A DNA stretch of 64,000 bases from Amphiscolops sp. MND2022 (taxonomy: Eukaryota): NCBI GenBank assembly GCA_964187785.1, contig OZ076409.1:23004001-23068000 (forward strand), written 5' to 3'. The notes under the pieces are model-generated. The model had not been told where the DNA came from. It made no database searches and worked only from the letters and a program-made list of their open reading frames with translations. The position numbers and the translations under genes were made by a program. Below, in pieces: positions 1 through 11,021 of the stretch. Each line of letters begins with the position of its first letter. Position 1 is the first letter of the stretch.

Positions 1-208
1 ACTTGTAACGTAGGTGTCTCTTACGCTGAACACTACAAAAGCTTTGACTGCTTAACGAGTTAACGGTTGCCCAGCAGCTACTCTGAACTCAAAACTTCTT
101 AGCTTTTTATTTCTGATGATCGAGAACTAAATACAAAAATACGAAACGAGTGGCTGCGAAAATTGAATGTCCTTATTGGGCCTTACCTTAGCTTTCGTTT
201 TAATGAAC

Positions 209-936
209 TGTAACGATAAGCGCTGGCGCTTGAACCGCAACTTAGAGTGGAGGAATTAGAACAGCAAATATAATCTGGGACCAAGATCTCCGCGGCCCTA
301 GCTCATTTTCCCTCCGAAGGAGCCAGTCCCAAGGTGGGGGAACCGTCTTGTAGGATACTCTCTGGCCTGGTCCTAGTCTGTAACTGCTAAAAGTAACAGG
401 CATCTTGCATGACTCAAGACCACTGCTCAACTAGCCTTTAAAAATCGGGCTGAAAATCGGTGAAGGTTGAACCGTAGTATTGGAGAATCTGATAAAATCG
501 CCAAATTGGATAAACAGATGTTATATAACAGCTCTCGAGCACATTAATTTATCACATCGAAAAATACAACAAGAAATCAAGAGTTCAGAGTCATTTGATG
601 GAAATTGACCTCAGCTTCCCAGCGCTAGCGCTAGTTGCCACACAGGATACCGCAGGAACACTCAGGCGAACATCTGGAACACTGGTTTTCTCTACTGTAG
701 TAACGGATATCTCCTAGAGATGGACACAATACCGTGTTCTGTATGTGTTGGGGACGTCTTTTAGTCGTCTCCGGTGCTTGTTCGTCGCGAGCAGCGATTT
801 CTGCTTTTTTGGGGTGCTTTTTCTGGCAGGTACTTCGTCTTGAGCATGTTTGAGTGCCACGTCAAATTTGAACGAATTTTTGACAAAATTTCTAAACATG
901 TCGGTTGATATTGCTGTACCAGAGCTTGCCGTTACA
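209..936 (-). repeat. 3' LTR of element 1
   Basis: TGTAACG...CGTTACA termini; about 13 substitutions versus the 16057-16784 copy (hand count, ~98% identity). Confidence 0.95.
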
Positions 937-973
937 TCACTCCCCAGGCTCCTGGCTTGTCGTCCCTGGCAAG
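937..973 (-). promoter_or_regulatory. Polypurine tract and upstream hairpin of element 1
   Basis: Minus strand reads CTTGCCAGGGACGACAAG...GGGGAGTGA|TGTAAC directly abutting the LTR. Confidence 0.8.
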
Positions 974-1694
974 CGGCGTCTGGGCTCGTCTGGAAACTGC
1001 ATCACAGTGACTGCTGGGAACCATCATCCACACATCAGGGAACAAGGACGAGTCCTTGTTTTTCGGCAACAATTTTGGTCAGTTTTTGCGGTTTTTCTCA
1101 ACAAAAAAAACTTACTGCCTAGCTACTTGTACAAAACGCGAACGAGGTTTTAGCACCAGCTCGAGAGCTAAAGTTTTCAGCCGGTTAAATCTCGTTTGGG
1201 CAGCCAATTTGCGTAAAAACTTTATTTGCGACCAAAGTCAGCTAAAATTTCTTTTCCTAAGCATTTGAAACTTGTAGTCTTCAATTCATTTCTGGCGATT
1301 TAAAACTTTTTTTAGAGCTTGCGGGCTCTTACAGTAAACAACCAAATTGATAAAGAACACTAGACTAGAAAGAAAAATGCAACCAAGAGGGATAAAACTT
1401 CTTTTGATGGTGACAACTCAAAAACACCGCGAACGGTGTGCAACAAAAATAGCAGTTTTCTGAATAATAGTTTCTCTTTTCTTTCTGCTTGGTAGCTCAA
1501 ACCACTGGTGCAGGCGTACTCTATTGGCCGTACACCCAGTGCAACACTAATGGTACACTAATCATATAACCATAACTATGAACAAAAATTGCACTTCGTA
1601 TTGTAGCACCGTTCTGGATGAGAAGTTCTAAGGCACTGTTTTGTTGGCAGTTTTTCGAGACTGGGAGCGCGAACGCTCCCGTTAGCGGCTGGGT

Positions 1695-4600
1695 TCATTG
1701 AGCCGAACTGCGTCGGGTCCGCTCTTTGGTGGTATCATCGGGGGTCTGTTCTGCATTATCAGTCGACACTGACGCTCGACGTCGGGGAGAGACTTCTCTG
1801 GCAACCGTTTCAGAGTCCGACAGATCTTCGGGGAGCGATAACTCGGCGATGGGCTGCACTAGCGCTGCATTGGGAGTCAACTCAGCTGCATGCTCTCCTG
1901 ACTGCTGCTGCGAGGACTGAGGACTAGTTCGTGACGATGACGGGCCAACTGGTTCTGGCTCCAAGTTGTGGGTTGGAAGGTTAATGGTGATCGGTTGAGA
2001 GATGGGCCGATCCAAAGACATCGCCATCGTTGACGCGAGCATGGTAGAGGCGAACGCCTGTTGTCTCGCTATTTCCGCTCTGCCTTCCACGGCTAATGCA
2101 ACTCTGCGTGAGATCCACCCAGGTTGGCTCCAGAGCTCGCAAGCTCTGTTCCATTTAGGGAAGCTAGCAATCTCCAACTCCAGACAATACTCCTCCCATC
2201 TTGCTCGTTCTGTCGAGCCCAACACAGAATTGATCTCATCATGTTGGACAATGGACATATCTCCAGACATGGTCATCTTTCCTTGGGGCTTCCACGCCGA
2301 CTTCCGGGGGAATGGGATAACACGGGATTGGAGATTTCGTTGTCTGATCTGAGCAGCGCCTTCAATCCATCCTGGGATTTGGGCTGGTTCCAGGTGCTGG
2401 ATTTGACGGTTGAAAATCTCAGGGGCGCGTCCAACGGGTTTCGCCCTTGGCCAACCCAACGGTTCCTTCCAATAGCGGTTTGAAAAGGCGATGCATTTAA
2501 AACAGTATAAGGGGTCTACAGGTGGACCAGCACTAGTGCTGGCGCGGATCGCCTTCCTTATGAATTCCTGACTCCACGGGAATCTGAAGGGGACTCCTTC
2601 CAAACTGAGAGGTGCGGAGTACCAATTCACAGGGCCATGTTCTCGAGGCAGAGGGCATGCTTTCCTGGTGCGCGCGCGCAACAAACCCATCAGGTTTTCC
2701 TCCAGCTCCCTTTCAGACTTCAGGGTCGTATATCCATGCGGCACTTCACCACTCAGCACGGCATGTATTACTCTTGGATATGCCAGTGAGGAACGGCCTC
2801 GCAGATAAGTGCTAAATGAGACCATGTGTACTTGGACTGCTGTTGCTAAAGGCTTGGTAGGGTATCGGCACACGCCCACTGCGCCAAAGATGGGGGCCAG
2901 GACGGGAGCCATGGCTGCCACGAAATCCTCTACTTCAGCTAGGGTGAGATCAGCGATCTGCTGCGGCAAGGGGAATCCTGCCGTTTCTCGTGGGATTTGC
3001 TGGTCTGAGTTGTGTAGTGGCTGGGACTGGTCCACACCCACGAATAGACCGGAGGCAAACACCAAGGTGGAATACAGCCAATGCTGGATCGACGCACGCA
3101 TGCGCTCCAACTGGGCGGAATAATCTTGTTGGTCCTTTGAGGTCATTAAATGTCCCCAACGGGTCAGGCTGCGCAGTTGTCCTTGTGCTAGGACCAAGTA
3201 ACTGTAGAATACGGTGAGGTCGCAGGCAATCACGATGTCGACTAATAGTGCTAGTGGTCCGGCTACAAACTTCGTTGGACCCATCGCTAGCGCGAGCGCT
3301 AGTATTTCTCCGACAGTGGCCTCTCCAATGGTTTCTAGTAGCTTGTCTGTTTGCGTGGGGGTAAGCGAAAACTCGGAAGTTATCACTTCAAGGTTCCATC
3401 CCAGACCAAGACTGGTGCAGAAGGCTTCCAACGGACAGTTGAGCTCTCGAGCTACTTCTGCTAGAGTCCTGGCGGCAAACCTAGTTTGGTACCAATAGGC
3501 ATAAGTGGTAGATGCGGCGTCGACCTCGGCCTTCAGATTGGTTGCTTCAATTGCCACGATGCACTGCAGTCCTACGGACAGCTTCACGGGCTCGATTCTT
3601 GAGGCGAAGTGGATCTGTGGAATTGTCCTCTCAACGGTGCGCGCTGCAGGCCATGCACCGATTTGTTTTGTCAGCTCGGCTAGCTCTGCATGCACTGGGA
3701 TTTCTTTGTCCTTTCGCACCAGCCAATTGTAACGACGAACAGCCTCTCGTTCGGTTACGTTTGACTCTCGGGCGATGCGGTTGCCGTCGAGGTCGAAGGC
3801 CATTCTGCCCATTCGCATTCCATGATCATAGAGGATAGCGTCGTCAATGGTTAACTGGGCATTTCCCGAGCGTTCTATAGCAACGAGCGCTCTAGATACA
3901 GCGGCAAAGAAGGCTGGATACGATAGGGTATCTGGGCGCAGGTCCTCTCGGTCTACACGCAGGTTTGGTGCACAGATAGCGAATTCGACTCTGCGCGCCT
4001 TGCAGACCTCCAGCAGAATGTAAACAAACTGCTGCAGGCTTCGTGGCCAGTACATAAATCCTGGTGGGGATACAAAAAGCGCGAGCGCTCCCAAACGACC
4101 CCGAAGGATCCCTGCGGCACGTTCCATTGCACCGACAACCTCATTTACTAAGGCTGCAATGTCTCCAGGTCGTCGGACATCGGACATTATGGCGTCTAGA
4201 TCACGCAGCAACCCTTCGCAAGCCATGTGATCCAGAAGGTTGGCAAAGATCACGCGCTGTGGGGGCGGCTTCTGTGATCCTCTTAGGTTTGGGTCGTATA
4301 TGGCTCCAACCATCTCAGCGATCTCAGCGAAGCGAGACAGGGGCATAGTCAGTACCAGCACGTCGGGCATCAAGTTGTCAATAGGCAGATCACTCCGGCA
4401 GGTAGAATCGACTGCCATGTAGTAGCGCGCGCGCTGCAAAGCTGCTTTCAATAGGGGCTTCAGAGATCTCAGGTTGCGGGCGTAGCGGGCGTTCGCTTCC
4501 CAGGTCTCACCTTCTCGCAACACGTACCGTGCGGGGAACTGCTCGGTGATGTTATGTTGCAGGGGTGCCATGTAATCGTTAGTCGTCGTGGGCAGCTGCT

Positions 4601-5999
4601 CTCGAGCACGCTGTTCCCAAGCCTGCTCTGACATGTCTGCGTCACGGGGACGCAGCGAACGCGTGACCTGCGCCGGAATTGTGGTTCGATTAATTTCCTT
4701 TTGCTCCGTCTCAGTGGGAGGGGTCCTCTTCTTTATAGCACATTGACTAGGGTAAAGGTGCTCAGCGGCCATCCAAATGCGTTTGCTATCATTTGTGACT
4801 ACTGAACCAGATACGTCATCAGAGGGAGGAAGGAAGGCTGGAGGGCGGGCCTCCTCTACCGTCTCAGGTATCTCCAGGGACATATCTATTGGATTCGTGC
4901 CCGAGGGCACAGAGCTCACTTCCGAGCCTGCATCCGAATCTCCATACTGCTCGATTGCGTCCGCTAGAGACATCTGAGGCGCGCCTCGGCCTAGATGACC
5001 CACTCGGTATGGAGGCCTAGGGATGACTACACTTTTCAGCTGGGGTCGAGGTACATCAGCGCGTTTGTCGGGAGGGGGACGACTAGTCGGGCTCTCGGTT
5101 ACTGAGCCAGCTGGGGTGATTGAGGCAGTTTCTTCGGTGAGTCGCTTTCTCCCGGCTTCTTCTCGTGCGCCAGTAGCAGCGCTTGCGCTATTGCTTGGTC
5201 CAGCAGCAATTTCTACATCCATAGATGCTGTCTCGACTAGAGGAGCAGGAGGATCACAGCCCGAGGGCTGAACGGCAGCTTGCAGATAAAAGGCTAGTCC
5301 AGGGATTCTTTGCTCTACGGCACGGACAAAATCGGAGGAGTTCGGATAGTTGGCCACTGCTTGTAATGCCACAATTACGGCCTGTTCGCTGGTACTCCTT
5401 CCAGTCAGCTCTGGGTTTGGTATGGGTGGCAACCGGGACCCCGAGGGCTCCCGATCAGAGACTGGTGCACAAGTTGTGGTTTGCAATACCATGTGTGGCG
5501 CTCGGTACGACGTCCCAAAGGCAGGCGAACCGGAGTAGGTCGGCGTCATTGGTACTGGTTTTGGTGCTGGTGGAGGCAATGCGACCATCTGATGTGGTGG
5601 CATTGTTGCAACGTTGGCAGGCACCATACACAGGGAAGCTTCTTGCTCGAACCTCGTGCCCTGGCTGGGGCCAAGCATTGTGGTAGATCGTTCATCTAGG
5701 AATTGATTCGTCAAGTCGTCGCCATCCCAAGCATTGTTCTGGCAGGTTAGCGTGCGACGGTAGCCAGCTACTTCCGTCACCAGAGACACAGATACACCTG
5801 GCAGCGTCTGCATCGTGTCTAGTTGAGTGAGCAGGGCGGCCACTCCCGCTACCGCTAACGGTGAAAGGCCGTTCCTCAATCGCTCTTCTACATATTGGAC
5901 TTGATTAGTCCTCTGCGCTCGCGCAGGCAATTCTTGAGACCTATTGCTATGAGGTCCCGTCGTGGGGATAGGCACCGTGTTGTTGGGGTAACAAGCCAT
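1695..5999 (-). CDS. 1434-aa uninterrupted extra ORF at the env position of element 1; unknown function, possibly with an inactive SGNH/GDSL-like domain
   Basis: Long ATG-initiated ORF between pol and the 3' LTR with low-complexity P/S-rich termini. Central segment VIFANLLDH...LFVSPPG...EVCKARRVEF...DLRPDTLSYPAFFAAVSRAL loosely resembles SGNH-fold blocks. No evident signal peptide. Confidence 0.8.
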   Translation of the reverse strand: MACYPNNTVPIPTTGPHSNRSQELPARAQRTNQVQYVEERLRNGLSPLAVAGVAALLTQLDTMQTLPGVSVSLVTEVAGYRRTLTCQNNAWDGDDLTNQFLDERSTTMLGPSQGTRFEQEASLCMVPANVATMPPHQMVALPPPAPKPVPMTPTYSGSPAFGTSYRAPHMVLQTTTCAPVSDREPSGSRLPPIPNPELTGRSTSEQAVIVALQAVANYPNSSDFVRAVEQRIPGLAFYLQAAVQPSGCDPPAPLVETASMDVEIAAGPSNSASAATGAREEAGRKRLTEETASITPAGSVTESPTSRPPPDKRADVPRPQLKSVVIPRPPYRVGHLGRGAPQMSLADAIEQYGDSDAGSEVSSVPSGTNPIDMSLEIPETVEEARPPAFLPPSDDVSGSVVTNDSKRIWMAAEHLYPSQCAIKKRTPPTETEQKEINRTTIPAQVTRSLRPRDADMSEQAWEQRAREQLPTTTNDYMAPLQHNITEQFPARYVLREGETWEANARYARNLRSLKPLLKAALQRARYYMAVDSTCRSDLPIDNLMPDVLVLTMPLSRFAEIAEMVGAIYDPNLRGSQKPPPQRVIFANLLDHMACEGLLRDLDAIMSDVRRPGDIAALVNEVVGAMERAAGILRGRLGALALFVSPPGFMYWPRSLQQFVYILLEVCKARRVEFAICAPNLRVDREDLRPDTLSYPAFFAAVSRALVAIERSGNAQLTIDDAILYDHGMRMGRMAFDLDGNRIARESNVTEREAVRRYNWLVRKDKEIPVHAELAELTKQIGAWPAARTVERTIPQIHFASRIEPVKLSVGLQCIVAIEATNLKAEVDAASTTYAYWYQTRFAARTLAEVARELNCPLEAFCTSLGLGWNLEVITSEFSLTPTQTDKLLETIGEATVGEILALALAMGPTKFVAGPLALLVDIVIACDLTVFYSYLVLAQGQLRSLTRWGHLMTSKDQQDYSAQLERMRASIQHWLYSTLVFASGLFVGVDQSQPLHNSDQQIPRETAGFPLPQQIADLTLAEVEDFVAAMAPVLAPIFGAVGVCRYPTKPLATAVQVHMVSFSTYLRGRSSLAYPRVIHAVLSGEVPHGYTTLKSERELEENLMGLLRARTRKACPLPREHGPVNWYSAPLSLEGVPFRFPWSQEFIRKAIRASTSAGPPVDPLYCFKCIAFSNRYWKEPLGWPRAKPVGRAPEIFNRQIQHLEPAQIPGWIEGAAQIRQRNLQSRVIPFPRKSAWKPQGKMTMSGDMSIVQHDEINSVLGSTERARWEEYCLELEIASFPKWNRACELWSQPGWISRRVALAVEGRAEIARQQAFASTMLASTMAMSLDRPISQPITINLPTHNLEPEPVGPSSSRTSPQSSQQQSGEHAAELTPNAALVQPIAELSLPEDLSDSETVAREVSPRRRASVSTDNAEQTPDDTTKERTRRSSAQ

Positions 6000-6285
6000 T
6001 ATATCATAGGTCTAAAAAGGATTACCGTTAGGCTTACTAGGTGCATTATGGGGAGAGCTTAGGGCTCATCATCCAGTTACAATGGTGCAAAGATGGCTCC
6101 ATAAGGGAACCGCAACAAGTTTAAATTGTAGTTCAACTAACTAACTAGAACATAAAGATAGGAGTTATTTAACGATACATTACAAGTTAATCATTCCATG
6201 GGATAGTTTAAGACTTCCTCCCAGACATGACAATTACCGGGGTGGAGAAATTAAGTAGGGGCAACAGAAAAGAGCTTTGGGCAGG

Positions 6286-7752
6286 CTATTCCGGCCCTAT
6301 GCTCAGAATGGACACGTACACGCGGTTGTGTAGCACCACGTGAATGCCAGTGCCCTCAAGCAATTTCGTTAGGGTGTGGTACAGGTTCACCAATGAAAGG
6401 GCGGGTCGTTCTGGGTCCAGTATAGGTAAGTGGACCCTCGTGGATCCTTTCTCTATCAAACGCTGTATCAAGTGTGTCATACAACGTAGGTAATCGTCGG
6501 TGAGCAGCGGCGCACGCTGGTTTGCTCTAATTATCAGTAAGTGAATACTCTGATTGGGGTTTGGGTTGATATCAGAGGGAATGGTGAGAATTTCTCCCAC
6601 CTTGGGACGTAGAGAGAACACATTCTCCTTGCCACACTCCCGTAGCACGTACCGTAGGGCGGCTGAGTTGGTCTCTAGGTCAGCGGGACACGCTAACACC
6701 ATATCACCTTCTACTTGTAGAAAAAGAGTCACATCATATGAGAGGTTCTCGGTTGGGGCTGGATACAGAATTCCCGGGTAGATAATTTCTCTCCCCGGCC
6801 CATTGTCGGCAGGTAAGCATACGCGGGGCGTACGCCCCTGGTTTGCAGCCAGGTCTTGCCACACCGAGCGTGGCATCGCTCGATTATCACTCCTCGCTTT
6901 GACCCAGGTGTCCAGGGTGCTTAAAGCGGCTTTTGGGGAAAGCGGAATTTCGAAAGTGTGAGTCCACTCGTCCAGCAATCTAATGCGAGGATAATTGGTG
7001 AAACAAGTGATGATCAGTTCCAACCACCACGCGAACTTCACTTTGCCACGATACCAGTCTATAATGTGGAAGCAAAGTATCAAGTCCGCAGTAGTGAGTG
7101 TCCTCAGACCTTCCAAGCAGGACAGCAGGTGCAGTGGTTCCACTATTGCCTCCACTCGTGGAGCAGTAACCAGCAACCACCAGTGCGGTGCTGGGCTGTA
7201 TACTCCGCCCGGGTCTACGTGAATTCCGTATTTGTCACCGAGAAGATCAGCGGTGATGCATCGGACCATTTGCACAGGTTCCCGCTCGAAGTTGAATGGT
7301 CCAAACGCGATATTGCTGGGTACTGGGGGCATCACCGTGGCAAGGGTAAACTCAAACCCTTTTCCGTCGCTAGTCCACTCCTTGAATCGAGGACATGGAG
7401 CTTTTGCTACTCCAGGTGATGATAACTTCTCCAGAATAGTATCCACGGGATAGTCTCCGTATCGTTCCAGGGAGGAATAAGTCTTTTCAGCTCTCACTGT
7501 AAGGCGATGCACTAGATTTTCTCCCCGCTCCGGAGGAACTCCCCGGGCTCCAGTGGGAACCCTCCGGTTCTCATTGACGGCTAGCAAGCAGACACAGTCT
7601 CGCAGCCCACGGGTCCCGCATTTGTAGCGTGGCTGCCGCCTGCTTCTCAACTGGTATCGAGGGACTTCAGAAGCCTCGGTCGTCATTGCTGTTTCTGATG
7701 GCATTGTTGTTGTTATTTCCTTCTTCCTTGTTCTTGCCTTCGCTCTGACCAA
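6286..7752 (-). CDS. Macrodomain-like (TARG1/OARD1-type) ORF downstream of integrase, probably the frameshifted C-terminal extension of Pol
   Basis: LACPADLETNSAALRYV...RPKVGEI...IHLLIIR...LRCMTHL...GSTRVHLPILD...GTGIHVVLH follows the TARG1-type pattern. An upstream segment (RCITADL...WLLVT...LSCLEGLR) may be a second degenerate copy. Confidence 0.6.
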   Translation of the reverse strand: MVRAKARTRKKEITTTMPSETAMTTEASEVPRYQLRSRRQPRYKCGTRGLRDCVCLLAVNENRRVPTGARGVPPERGENLVHRLTVRAEKTYSSLERYGDYPVDTILEKLSSPGVAKAPCPRFKEWTSDGKGFEFTLATVMPPVPSNIAFGPFNFEREPVQMVRCITADLLGDKYGIHVDPGGVYSPAPHWWLLVTAPRVEAIVEPLHLLSCLEGLRTLTTADLILCFHIIDWYRGKVKFAWWLELIITCFTNYPRIRLLDEWTHTFEIPLSPKAALSTLDTWVKARSDNRAMPRSVWQDLAANQGRTPRVCLPADNGPGREIIYPGILYPAPTENLSYDVTLFLQVEGDMVLACPADLETNSAALRYVLRECGKENVFSLRPKVGEILTIPSDINPNPNQSIHLLIIRANQRAPLLTDDYLRCMTHLIQRLIEKGSTRVHLPILDPERPALSLVNLYHTLTKLLEGTGIHVVLHNRVYVSILSIGPE

Positions 7753-8288
7753 CCGTTTTCGCGTTTTGGGTGGTCTTCCCCTCCCCTTTTGAGAGAAGGA
7801 GCGGTCCCCGCTCCGGGCAATGTCGTGGGAAGAGTAGGCACATTGGACTGAACGTCGTCATCCTCGGTGGCGGACTTCAGAGGGAGTGAAGGAGCGGCCG
7901 GCCAAATGGGATAGTTATTGAGGAAACTCGTCAGTGATGGATTTGTCAATAATGGGGCTGACATTCCCAATAAGGAGGACTGTTTTTCGGGAGAAGATAT
8001 TTGTGGTGACGGAGAGCGCGCACGCTCATGGTCTGAGAATAGTTGAGGTAGACGATGGGTAGGTGATATCGATTGATCTGCAGGGGATTGGGGGACTTCG
8101 GGTTCCCTACGATCAGCATCAACGGGATCAGGAGGTACCGGCAACATGATTTCGGATAACTCATCGTCAGTGCCCGAGGTCGATTAGTCGAACTGCTGGT
8201 AGTGCATGCGGGAACCCCCAGCACGCAACTTTGTGCGTAGGCGGGTATCCATCCAATGGTGCTTGCGCGAAGGCAAGGATACGTCAGA

Positions 8289-9663
8289 TTATTGTTCAGT
8301 TTTATATGAAGGCTGAGACTTATCATCATCAACCACATCGATGGAACGTTCAGGGTCAGGGTCCATGAGCACCACTATTTCGCCGCTGTCCGCTTGCGCG
8401 GCGGCGAGCTCAAGGGGCCCACTGTGATGAGGTTTCAGGCGCTCAAAATGAACCTTTTGGCCTGTGTCCAACACGTAGACACGTCCTTCTTGGAAGACCT
8501 GTACTACTTTGTGCGGGCCACGCCAGGCACGCATCAGTTTGGGGGAGCCTTTTTGCGGCACATAGCGGCAAAAAACCCAGACAAGCTCTCCTGGCTGGTA
8601 GGCCCGTGCCCGAATAGCACAATCATACTTCAATTTTTGGCGTAGCTGGGCCTGGTGCGTATTGCGCCGGACCAAGTCGTGAATTTCTTGTTGGCGAGCC
8701 AACACATGATCCACATACGCTTCATGCGTATCAAAGGACTTGGCTGCAAATTCAGGGTACAAAAAGGTGAGGGGGATTGCTTTCTCAACACCTCTAGTCA
8801 ACATGTAGGGCGAGAAGCCAGTAGTGGCGTGCCTGGTAGAAATATAGGCACCAATCACTTCATCCAAGCACTGGTCCCAGTCGCGCATACGGCGCCAGCA
8901 AAAGACTCGTAACAAGGTTAAAAGGGTGCGGTTTTGTCGTTCCACCAAACCTTGAGTTCGTGGATGTCCGGCGGTGGAGGTCACTTTGGTGACGTGAGCT
9001 GCCTTCAAGAACTCATTGGAGACTTCAGCAGTAAGGTTTGGAGCATTGTCTGATTGCATGCGAGTGGGAGTGCCATGGCGGGCAAACCATTTCTGCAGCA
9101 GCAATCGTGAGGTGGTCACTGCGTCATAGTCGTGGTCTACAAGAGACTGCCTCTGCAAATTTGGAAAAGTGGTCTATGATGACCAGAATGCCGGTGTTGT
9201 TATTATCAGAGGGGCAGATTTTTAAGTGGTCATACTGGACCAGCTCGTTAAAATAGCCACTCTGGATGTTTTTCAGTTGAAATCGTACGTCACCAGGTTT
9301 GTCACGTACTTGTTGGCAGGTGAGGCACTGGCCGACGTATCGACCGACACTGCGCCGTATGCCGGGCCAGGTGTGGCGCTCTTGAATTCGAGCTACCACT
9401 TTTGAGATGCCTTGGTGTCCCATTGCGTCGTGCGCACGGAACAGGATTTCATGCTGGTATAGTTGAGGCATTATAATTATGCACGGACGTTCGTGCAATG
9501 GGCGTTGGGTGGGTGAGTATTGCACGCAAAGGACATCCTTCTTGTTTATGAACAAGAGGTCCTTTTTCTGGCGAAAATAGTTACGTGCGAATTCTCGCAC
9601 GTTCTCGGGAAACATATCGTTATCTAGGGATTCACACTGCACGAGCTTTTTCAGTGCCAGCAC
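8289..9663 (-). pseudogene. pol: Gypsy integrase, frameshifted near 9140
   Basis: H2C2 zinc domain (HDAMGHQG...CLTC); catalytic core QYDH...IIDHFSKF / QSDNA...QGLVERQN; C-terminal WRGPH motif; split across ORFs 9124-9663 and 8289-9158. Confidence 0.93.
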
Positions 9664-11021
9664 AGGACGTCACGGTTTTGGGCTCCGCGCTCCGAAAACC
9701 CCGCTTCACTTGGATCCGTCGAAGACAAAAACTCAAATTCAGATGAAGAAGTCAACTCAGAAGCAGTGGATAGATTCATTTCACTGTACACTTTATAAAC
9801 AAAATTTGCTCGACCGTTGTCGGCTTCAGTTTTTTGGTCAGTTTTTGTAGTAGCATCCAGATTTTGGGGCACAGCCTGGTATACTAAAGACACAGGCACT
9901 ACCGTGCCCAGGTGAGCACCACATCGTACACGCTTCTGGTTGCTGGTGAGGTTTATCAGACTCACGTACAATGTTCCTGTCTCACTGACAGTGGCCACGC
10001 TATCCTCTAAAAAGATGGTATTTTGCAATGAGGGATCAGACAACGAGGCGTTAAGCGCCACGGTCTGGAAAATTAGTGGTTCAAGCGCGTCGGTGACAAA
10101 TTTACCCTTTGCCACTGTACGCTCGAACGGCTGTAGGACCAGGTCACTGTCCAGAGCAATGGGAGTAGTTAGTGAAGCGTCCTCGTGGTAGGAACGGAGG
10201 AAGTTTCGACCCAGCAGAAAGTCCTCCACACCCATTGCGTCATCTACCACGACAAAATTGGTTTCGAGTTCATACCCTCCCAACTGGAAGCGAACCTGCT
10301 CAGCTAACCCGAAAGTCTTTATTGTCTTCCCATTGGCAGCGTACAAATCAATTTGATAGGGCTTCAGGACCGCACCGGTCCGTGCAGCTACCCGATTAAA
10401 GGCGGAGAAGGTTAATATGGACACCCCGGAACCAGTATCCACCAAGCCTCGCAGTGGGATAGGTGCCGCATGGGGCACCACAAAGGAGACAACAAGCGAC
10501 GCACGCTCATCTATCCGCGCTTCTCTGGTGGGTTCTTGGTGATTGATATTATAGCATTTCAGCTCTTGAGGTCCCAAGCATAAGCCGGGTGGGATTACAT
10601 CTACCACCACGCAAGCCTCGAACTTCACGTCCACGCCGTCCATCGTTGCACAGACTGGTACCGGAGAGTACGTAGTCAGGGTCTCTGACTCTCCAGGGAC
10701 GTACCACTGCTTTGGGCGGGGCAACTCCATCCGTTTATAGAGGATAGATAGCTCAACCCAGAGTTTCGCCAAGGTTAGCGTTGGTCTACGCACCTGCTCG
10801 GCTGCCAAAATCAGATGAATCGAGATCAACGTTCGCCCCTGTGGATCGAACGTGGTAGGCTCCAAGCACGTTTGGATCTGCTTTGCTCCGCATGTAACTA
10901 TCAGTGGGGTATGAAACGCTGGAGGTTCTGCCGGGTGCAGCATTAACACACGATCATCCTCCAGGGGTTCGGTGTGGGCGGCAACACCAGCGGATTCCAC
11001 CTCGGCCCATCGATTCATCAT
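9651..11021 (-). pseudogene. pol: Retroviral-type aspartic protease region, joined directly to integrase
   Basis: LVDTGSGVS active site and FLLGRNFL motif; no YxDD RT or RNaseH motifs before integrase. Confidence 0.88.

Noticed and set aside
1695..5999. Retroviral env
   Set aside because: No signal peptide, furin site/fusion peptide arrangement or C-terminal TM anchor seen.
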